In this document: one piece after another, positions 18,401 to 24,103 of the stretch
Layout of the letters: each line of letters starts with the position of its first letter
Position numbering within the stretch: the first letter of the stretch is position 1
Source of the DNA: Erysipelotrichaceae bacterium
Lineage (GTDB): Bacteria > Bacillota_I > Bacilli_A > Erysipelotrichales > Erysipelotrichaceae
Length of the DNA: 34,746 nucleotides
NCBI GenBank assembly: GCA_017419065.1
Contig: JAFOMB010000212.1
Span: 1 to 34,746 of the forward strand
Direction: 5' to 3'
Program-made: the position numbers and the translations under genes
Notes under the pieces: model-generated
The model's input: the letters and a program-made list of their open reading frames with translations, nothing else
Database searches by the model: none
What the model was told of the DNA's origin: nothing

Positions 18401-18951
18401 ACGTCAACGTCCTCGTTCTCGATACAGAAGTCTACTCCAACACCGGCGGTCAGTCCTCCAAGTCTTCTCAGGCTGCTTCCATCGCGAAGTTCGCAGCCGG
18501 CGGTAAGGCTACAGCGAAGAAGGACCTCGGTCAGATCGCTATGGCATACGGCCATGTCTATGTCGCTTCCATCGCTATGGGTGCCAACAGACAGCAGACC
18601 ATCAATGCCTTAAGAGAAGCAGAAAGCTACGACGGACCATCTCTCGTCATCGCTTACTCTCCATGTGCCGAACAGGGTATCCGCGGCGGTATGGCTACTC
18701 AGCAGAAGGTCGAAAAGAACGCTGTTGAATGCGGCTATACAGTCCTGTACCGTTTCGATCCGCGCAAGGAGAACCCTCTCACGATCGATTCCAAGGAACC
18801 TGACTGGGATAAGTTCCATGACTTCCTCATGAACGAAAACAGATACAATCAGCTGCCGAAGATCAGAGGCGCAGAAGTTGCCGAAGAACTCTTCGCCAAG
18901 ACGAAGTCTGATGCCCAGAGACGTTACAACCGCTTAAAGGCGATGCTGTAA
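15454..18951 (+). CDS. nifJ: Pyruvate:ferredoxin (flavodoxin) oxidoreductase, single-chain
   Basis: The 1165-aa protein starts [30 protein letters not shown]. It has two 4Fe-4S motifs ([24 protein letters not shown]) and a TPP region ([16 protein letters not shown]). GGAGG RBS. A TATAAT lies at 15420-15425. Confidence 0.95.
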   Translation: [1165 protein letters not shown]

Positions 18952-18977
18952 TCGTTCCTCCAATCAAAAACATTTGA

Positions 18978-19006
18978 AGACCGGTCCAGAAGACCGGTCT
19001 TTTTCT
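18978..19006 (+). terminator. Rho-independent terminator after PFOR
   Basis: AGACCGGTC-cagaa-GACCGGTCT forms a 9-bp GC-rich stem followed by TTTTT. Confidence 0.8.
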
Positions 19007-19092
19007 ATTTCCGGTGTATAAGTGTTGACGGAAAGGGAAAGCTGTGAAACAATATAATCGGTAAAAAGATACCGATAAAAGAATACCGAACT

Positions 19093-19740
19093 ATGGAAAA
19101 CAAGAAGAAAGCAACTGCCAGACAGATGGAGAGATATCCGCTGTACCTGGCCTATCTCAAAAAGCTTCAGAGCAGGGGAGTCTCCATCGTGACATCTCCT
19201 TCTTTGGCGAAGATCTTTCATTCTTCCGAGGAACAGGTCCGCAAGGATCTGCATCTGATCTCCCGTTCTTCCGGGAAACCGGGAAGCGGCAGGAACGTCC
19301 ATGAACTCATTGAAGATATCGAGGACTTCCTCGGTTATCATCATCAGAAGTACGCTATCGTCTGCGGTGTCGGAAATCTCGGTTCTGCCTTTATGGGATA
19401 TACAGGCTTCTCAAAAGCCGGTATAGAAGTCCTGGGAGGCTTTGATATCGACAAGTCCAAGACCGGGACCTTCGTCAGAGGAAAGAGAGTCTTCTCCATG
19501 AAGAAACTCCAGACCATCGTAAAGGATTCCGATATCCGCATCGCCATTCTCACCACACCTGTTGAAGCAGCTCAGGAGTGTGCCGACCAGCTGGTCGCAG
19601 CCGGTATCCGTGCCATCCTGAACTTCGCTCCGACTCATCTACAGGTCCCGGAAGACATCAATGTCCTCAACGTGGACTTAGCCGCCACATTATCTGTGTT
19701 AGCCCAGAACATCATAGAAAAGGAGAGCGAATATGAGTAA
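19093..19740 (+). CDS. rex: Redox-sensing transcriptional repressor Rex
   Basis: The winged-helix N-terminus reads RYPLYLAYLKKL...VTSPSLAKIF...EEQVRKDL, and the Rossmann motif is VCGVGNLGSAFMGY. Confidence 0.9.
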   Translation: MENKKKATARQMERYPLYLAYLKKLQSRGVSIVTSPSLAKIFHSSEEQVRKDLHLISRSSGKPGSGRNVHELIEDIEDFLGYHHQKYAIVCGVGNLGSAFMGYTGFSKAGIEVLGGFDIDKSKTGTFVRGKRVFSMKKLQTIVKDSDIRIAILTTPVEAAQECADQLVAAGIRAILNFAPTHLQVPEDINVLNVDLAATLSVLAQNIIEKESEYE

Positions 19741-22348
19741 GGACAACCCTGTCAGCATCACCCCGCAGGAAGAGGTGAACACCCTGGTCGAAAATGCCCT
19801 GAAGGCATTGGAGGCTTTTGAAGACTACGACCAGGAGAAGATCGACTACATCGTCGCGAAATGTTCCGTAGCAGGTCTTGATCATCACGGCACCCTGGCG
19901 AAACTTGCCGTCGATGAGACCAAGAGAGGCGTCTTTGAAGACAAAGCTACCAAGAACCTGTTTGCCTGCGAGTATGTCGTCAACAACATGCGCTATCTCA
20001 AGACGGTAGGCGTCATCTCCGAAGATCCGGTCACCGGTATCACAGAGATCGCTTCCCCGGTCGGTGTCATCGCCGGTATCACGCCGGTCACCAACCCGAC
20101 ATCTACAGCGCTGTTCAAATCTCTGATCTGTTTAAAGACGAGAAATCCGATCATTTTCGCCTTCCATCCGAATGCCCAGGAATCTTCCAAGGCCGCTGCC
20201 AAAGTCATGTATGACGCGGCTATCGCAGCCGGAGCGCCGGAGCACTGCATCCAGTGGATCGAACATCCGAGCATGGATGCGACCAGCGCCCTGATGAACC
20301 ATCCGGGTGTCTCTACCATCCTGGCCACCGGCGGCAACGCCATGGTCAAGGCAGCCTACAGCTGCGGCAAGCCGGCTATGGGTGTCGGCGCCGGAAACGT
20401 TCCTGCCTATATGCATAAGGACTGCAACGTCGAACAGGCTGTCAATGACATCGTCTTATCCAAGTCTTTTGACAACGGCATGATCTGCGCTTCGGAACAG
20501 GCCGTCATCATCGATGAGGACATCTATGATGAAGCTCTTGGATTCTTCAGGAGATTCCGTGCCTATGTCGCCAATAAGAAAGAAAAGAAACTCCTCGAGA
20601 AGTTCATGTTCGGAGTCTCCAGGAAAGAAGACTATCCGAATGGCAGACTCAACCCGGCTGTCGCCGGCAAGTCCGTCCAGTGGATCGCCGAACAGTCCGG
20701 CTTCAGTGTTCCGGAAGATGCCTCCATCATCCTGGTACCGTGTGAGGAAGTCGGCGTCAATGAACCGATGAGCCGTGAAAAGCTCTCCCCGGTCCTGGCT
20801 TTATTCAAGGTCAAAGATGAGAAAGAAGGCTTCGAAAGAGCCCGTCAGATGGTTGAATTCAACGGTCTGGGCCACTCGGCTGCGATACATTGCCACGACC
20901 AGGAACTCGCAGACGCCTTCGGCAAGGAAGTCAAGGCCATGCGTATCATCTGGAATTCCCCGTCATCCTTCGGCGGTATCGGCAACGTCTATAACTCCTT
21001 CTTACCGTCTCTGACACTGGGCTGCGGCAGCTATGGCCACAACTCGATCGGCGGCAATGTTTCCGCTGTCAACCTTCTGAATATCAAGAAAGTAGGAAAG
21101 AGGAGAAATACGATGCAATGGTTCAAAGTTCCGCAGAAGATCTACTTCGAGAGAAACTGCATCCAGTATCTCTCGACCTGCCGTGATATCAATAAAGCCT
21201 TTATCGTCACTGACCGAGGCATGGTCGATTTAGGCTTCGTCAACCGCATCACCGATCAGCTCAACAACCGGCGTTATCCTGTTCAGATCCAGCTGTTCTG
21301 CGATGTCGAACCGGATCCGGATATCGAGACTGTCAGAAGGGGTGTCCAGCTCATGGAAGCCTTCAGGCCGGATACGATCATCGCCTTAGGCGGCGGCTCC
21401 TGTATGGATGCGGCCAAGGGCATGTGGATCTTCTATGAACATCCGGAAGTCAACTTCGACGATCTGAAGCAGAAGTTCATGGATATCCGGAAACGTGCCT
21501 TCAAGTATCCGGAACTGGGCAGAAAGTCCAAGCTCATCTGCATCCCGACGACATCGGGTACGGGTTCGGAAGTTACCCCGTTCGCCGTCATCTCCGATAA
21601 GGCCAACAACAAGAAGTATCCGCTCACCGACTACTCCTTAACACCGACAGTAGCTCTGGTCGATCCGGAATTCACGACGAACCTCCCGGCCAAGGCCACA
21701 GCCATGACCGGTATGGATGTCCTGACCCATGCGATCGAGGCCTATGTCTCCGTCATGGCTTCCGATTATACCGATGGATTAGCCTTGAAAGCTATCCAGC
21801 TCGTCTTCGAGTATCTGCCAAGAGCCGTCAAGAACGGCAAGAAGGATCTCGAAGCGAGAGAGAAGATGCACAATGCGGCGACGATCGCCGGTATGGCCTT
21901 CGCCAATGCCTTCTTAGGTATGACGCACTCCCTGGCCCACAAGGTCGGTGCCGAGTTCCATACCGTTCACGGCTATACCTGCGGTATCCTCTTACCGCAT
22001 GTCATCCGCTACAACGGCACGGTCCCGACAAAACTCTCTGTCTGGCCGAAGTACAACACCTACTGTGCTGACAAGAAGTATCTCGAGATCGCAAGACTCG
22101 TCGGCTTAAAGGCTGATACACCGGAAGAGGGAACGAAGGTCCTTGCGGAAGCTGTCCTGGATCTCATGAGAGAAGTCGGACTGGATCCGAACTTCGAAGC
22201 CTGCGGCATCAGTGAGGAAGAGTGGAACAGCAAGCTCGACCGTATCGCCGTCCTGGCCTACGAAGATCAGTGTTCTCCGGCCAACCCGCGTGTCCCGATG
22301 GTCGAAGACATGGTGGAGATGCTGAAGACAGCCTACAGAGGAAACTAA
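19733..22348 (+). CDS. adhE: Bifunctional acetaldehyde-CoA/alcohol dehydrogenase
   Basis: The 871-aa protein has an ALDH half (SFDNGMICASEQ) and an Fe-ADH half (GGGSCMDAAK, THSLAHKVG). AGGAG lies 7 nt upstream. The ATG overlaps the rex stop by 8 nt. Confidence 0.95.
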   Translation: MSKDNPVSITPQEEVNTLVENALKALEAFEDYDQEKIDYIVAKCSVAGLDHHGTLAKLAVDETKRGVFEDKATKNLFACEYVVNNMRYLKTVGVISEDPVTGITEIASPVGVIAGITPVTNPTSTALFKSLICLKTRNPIIFAFHPNAQESSKAAAKVMYDAAIAAGAPEHCIQWIEHPSMDATSALMNHPGVSTILATGGNAMVKAAYSCGKPAMGVGAGNVPAYMHKDCNVEQAVNDIVLSKSFDNGMICASEQAVIIDEDIYDEALGFFRRFRAYVANKKEKKLLEKFMFGVSRKEDYPNGRLNPAVAGKSVQWIAEQSGFSVPEDASIILVPCEEVGVNEPMSREKLSPVLALFKVKDEKEGFERARQMVEFNGLGHSAAIHCHDQELADAFGKEVKAMRIIWNSPSSFGGIGNVYNSFLPSLTLGCGSYGHNSIGGNVSAVNLLNIKKVGKRRNTMQWFKVPQKIYFERNCIQYLSTCRDINKAFIVTDRGMVDLGFVNRITDQLNNRRYPVQIQLFCDVEPDPDIETVRRGVQLMEAFRPDTIIALGGGSCMDAAKGMWIFYEHPEVNFDDLKQKFMDIRKRAFKYPELGRKSKLICIPTTSGTGSEVTPFAVISDKANNKKYPLTDYSLTPTVALVDPEFTTNLPAKATAMTGMDVLTHAIEAYVSVMASDYTDGLALKAIQLVFEYLPRAVKNGKKDLEAREKMHNAATIAGMAFANAFLGMTHSLAHKVGAEFHTVHGYTCGILLPHVIRYNGTVPTKLSVWPKYNTYCADKKYLEIARLVGLKADTPEEGTKVLAEAVLDLMREVGLDPNFEACGISEEEWNSKLDRIAVLAYEDQCSPANPRVPMVEDMVEMLKTAYRGN

Positions 22349-22369
22349 GCACACTCAAGGAATATAAAG

Positions 22370-22400
22370 AAAGACATCGGTTGATCCGATGTCTTTTTTC
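22370..22400. terminator. Terminator hairpin shared by convergent adhE and udp-like gene
   Basis: AAAGACATCGG-ttgat-CCGATGTCTTT forms an 11-bp stem. It is followed by a T run on the plus strand and a T-rich stretch on the minus strand. Confidence 0.75.
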
Positions 22401-22436
22401 TTACTGCTGGAAAGATCAGACAGCTGAGATGAATCT

Positions 22437-23180
22437 CTACTGATGATGTCTTTGATCGTAGCGGTAGAGAGCTTCCAGAGCCGTTTCGATTTCCCGCTTC
22501 TCGCCGATGGCTGATAAGTTAGCACCGTCCACATAATCACCGATGGATTCCGAAGTATCCTGACCATACAGAACGACATTGTTCAGTATGGAAGCGGTTT
22601 TGGCACCACGGATCCTTCCGATGGTAAACAGAGCCGCGGATTCGAAATCTGATCCCAGTACTCCTAAAGAAGACCAGTATTTCTCTTCTTCGGCGTTGGT
22701 ATCGTGGTAGAAAGTCTCATGCGACTGGATGATACCGACGTGATAGTCATAGCCGAAGTCCTTTGCACAGTCCTGTAAGAGCTGCAGGAGTTCGCTGTCC
22801 GGTACAGCAGGATAGCGCAGATCGACATAGGTCCTGGAAACTCCGTCATCTCTGACGGCACCGGAGCCGAATAAGAGATCTCCCAGTTTGATATCTTTCT
22901 GTAAAGCACCGCAGGAGCCGATGCGGATCATGCATTCGACACCGATATGACGCAGTTCTTCTACGGCTAAGGAACAGGAAGATCCTCCGACACCGGTCGA
23001 GATGGCGATGACCGGGACACCTTTATACGTTCCTTTGATAGAGCGGAATTCCCGGTTGTATTCCAGTTCTTCGACGTTTTCAAGGAAGGGAATGATGCGG
23101 TCGATCCTGGCAGGATCTCCCGGCATGATGGCGTATTTCGCATTCACAGATGCATCCAGCTGGATGTGAGCTTCTTTCAT
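22437..23180 (-). CDS. udp: Nucleoside phosphorylase, uridine phosphorylase-like (PNP/UDP family 1)
   Basis: MPGDPARIDRI, STGVGGSSCSLAVEEL and RIGSCGAL align in my reading with E. coli Udp (VPGDPDRVEKI, STGIGGPSTSIAVEEL, RIGTTGAI). GGAGG RBS. Confidence 0.65.
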   Translation of the reverse strand: MKEAHIQLDASVNAKYAIMPGDPARIDRIIPFLENVEELEYNREFRSIKGTYKGVPVIAISTGVGGSSCSLAVEELRHIGVECMIRIGSCGALQKDIKLGDLLFGSGAVRDDGVSRTYVDLRYPAVPDSELLQLLQDCAKDFGYDYHVGIIQSHETFYHDTNAEEEKYWSSLGVLGSDFESAALFTIGRIRGAKTASILNNVVLYGQDTSESIGDYVDGANLSAIGEKREIETALEALYRYDQRHHQ

Positions 23181-23224
23181 GATATTCCTCCGTTATCCTA
23201 CTACCATGATAACACTTCTGTCTC

Positions 23225-23253
23225 TTGAAAAGAGAAGGGGAAGAGACTAGAAT
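23225..23253 (+). promoter_or_regulatory. Promoter of HMA gene (TTGAAA-N17-TAGAAT)
   Basis: The hexamers were read directly at 23225-23230 and 23248-23253. They are bracketed by the inverted repeat GTCTCTT (23220-23226) / AAGAGAC (23241-23247). Confidence 0.5.
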
Positions 23254-23277
23254 ATCGATGTAAGGAGGAACTAACAT

Positions 23278-23526
23278 ATGATCAAGACGACAGTAAAGAT
23301 AGACGGCATGTCCTGCGGGATGTGTGAAAGTCATGTGAACGATACGATACGGAATCACTTTCCGGTGAAAAAGGTGAATTCCAGCTATAAGAAGGGCATT
23401 GCAGAGATCCTCTCGGAAGAAGGGGTCTCAGAGGAAAAACTGAAGGAAGCCCTCGATCCTACGGGATACAGGGTTCTCTCGGTAAGCAATGAAGAGTATA
23501 AGAAGAAAGGGCTGTTCGGATTCTAG
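23278..23526 (+). CDS. Heavy-metal-associated (HMA) domain protein, CopZ-like metallochaperone
   Basis: The 82-aa protein has the GMSCGMCESHV (GMxCxxC) metal-binding loop at the start of a ferredoxin-like fold. AAGGAGG RBS. Confidence 0.8.
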   Translation: MIKTTVKIDGMSCGMCESHVNDTIRNHFPVKKVNSSYKKGIAEILSEEGVSEEKLKEALDPTGYRVLSVSNEEYKKKGLFGF

Positions 23527-23542
23527 ATCCGGACAGTTTTTT
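23512..23542 (+). terminator. Rho-independent terminator (stop codon in loop)
   Basis: CTGTTCGGAT-tctag-ATCCGGACAG forms a 10-bp stem (one G-U) followed by TTTTTT. The TAG stop at 23524-23526 lies in the loop. Confidence 0.75.
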
Positions 23543-23563
23543 ATATGTTAGATAAAACAAATA

Positions 23564-23617
23564 TTAGTTGACACTAACGTTAGTTTAAACTAATATAGAT
23601 TTGTTAGAAGAGTCTAA
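23564..23617. promoter_or_regulatory. Array of three TTAG-N6-CTAA palindromic operator-like sites over the feo promoter
   Basis: The three sites are TTAGttgacaCTAA (23564-23577), TTAGtttaaaCTAA (23580-23593, a perfect 14-bp palindrome) and TTAGaagagtCTAA (23604-23617). A degenerate TTAGataaaaCAAA lies at 23548-23561. Confidence 0.5.
23568..23596 (+). promoter_or_regulatory. feo operon promoter (TTGACA-N17-TAATAT)
   Basis: A consensus -35 lies at 23568-23573 and a -10 at 23591-23596, about 45 nt before the feoA ATG. Confidence 0.65.
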
Positions 23618-23640
23618 CTTTTAGAAAGGAAGTTGAAATC

Positions 23641-23853
23641 ATGATGCCATTATCGTTTGCGGAAGCAGGAGAGGAAATGACGATACAGAGTATCGGAGGA
23701 AGACCGGATGTCCGACAGCACCTGGAGACCCTCGGTTTTGTGCCGGGCAGCAAGGTGACGGTCGTCTCGTCGATCAACGGGAATCTCATCGTCAATGTCA
23801 AGGATACGCGTGTCGCTGTCGATAAGTCGCTGGCGAACAAGATCATGATTTAA
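23641..23853 (+). CDS. feoA: Ferrous iron transport protein A (FeoA, SH3-like)
   Basis: The 70-aa protein has the FeoA pattern: L..a..Ge...I..i.g......L..lGf.pG..v.vv......g.liv.v. Confidence 0.85.
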   Translation: MMPLSFAEAGEEMTIQSIGGRPDVRQHLETLGFVPGSKVTVVSSINGNLIVNVKDTRVAVDKSLANKIMI

Positions 23854-23866
23854 AAAGGGGGAACAG

Positions 23867-24103
23867 ATGAAAACATTACGTGATGTGGCGATCGGTTCTA
23901 CCTGTGTCGTCAAGAAACTGCACGGGGAAGGCGCGATCAAGAGAAGGATCATGGATATGGGCGTCACCAAGAACGTCGAGATCTATGTCCGCAAAGTTGC
24001 ACCGCTCGGAGATCCGATCGAAGTAACTGTCAGAGGCTATGAACTTTCCATCAGGAAAGAAGATGCTGAGAAGATCGAAGTAGAAACGGAGGAAGGAAGA
24101 TGA
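23867..24103 (+). CDS. feoA: Ferrous iron transport protein A, second copy
   Basis: The 78-aa protein reads LRDVAIGSTCVVKKLHGEGAIKRRIMDMGVTKNVEIYVRKVAPLGDPIEV. It overlaps feoB by ATGA. Confidence 0.85.
   Translation: MKTLRDVAIGSTCVVKKLHGEGAIKRRIMDMGVTKNVEIYVRKVAPLGDPIEVTVRGYELSIRKEDAEKIEVETEEGR

Noticed and set aside
19042-19058. A possible Rex operator, CTGTGAAACAATATAAT.
   Set aside because: Only one half-site resembles TTGTGAA. The expected TTCACAA partner at N4 spacing is absent.
23548-23566. A possible Fur box (GATAAAACAAATATTAG) upstream of feo.
   Set aside because: By my count, fewer than half the positions match GATAATGATAATCATTATC, and it has no dyad symmetry. The TTAG-N6-CTAA array explains the region better.
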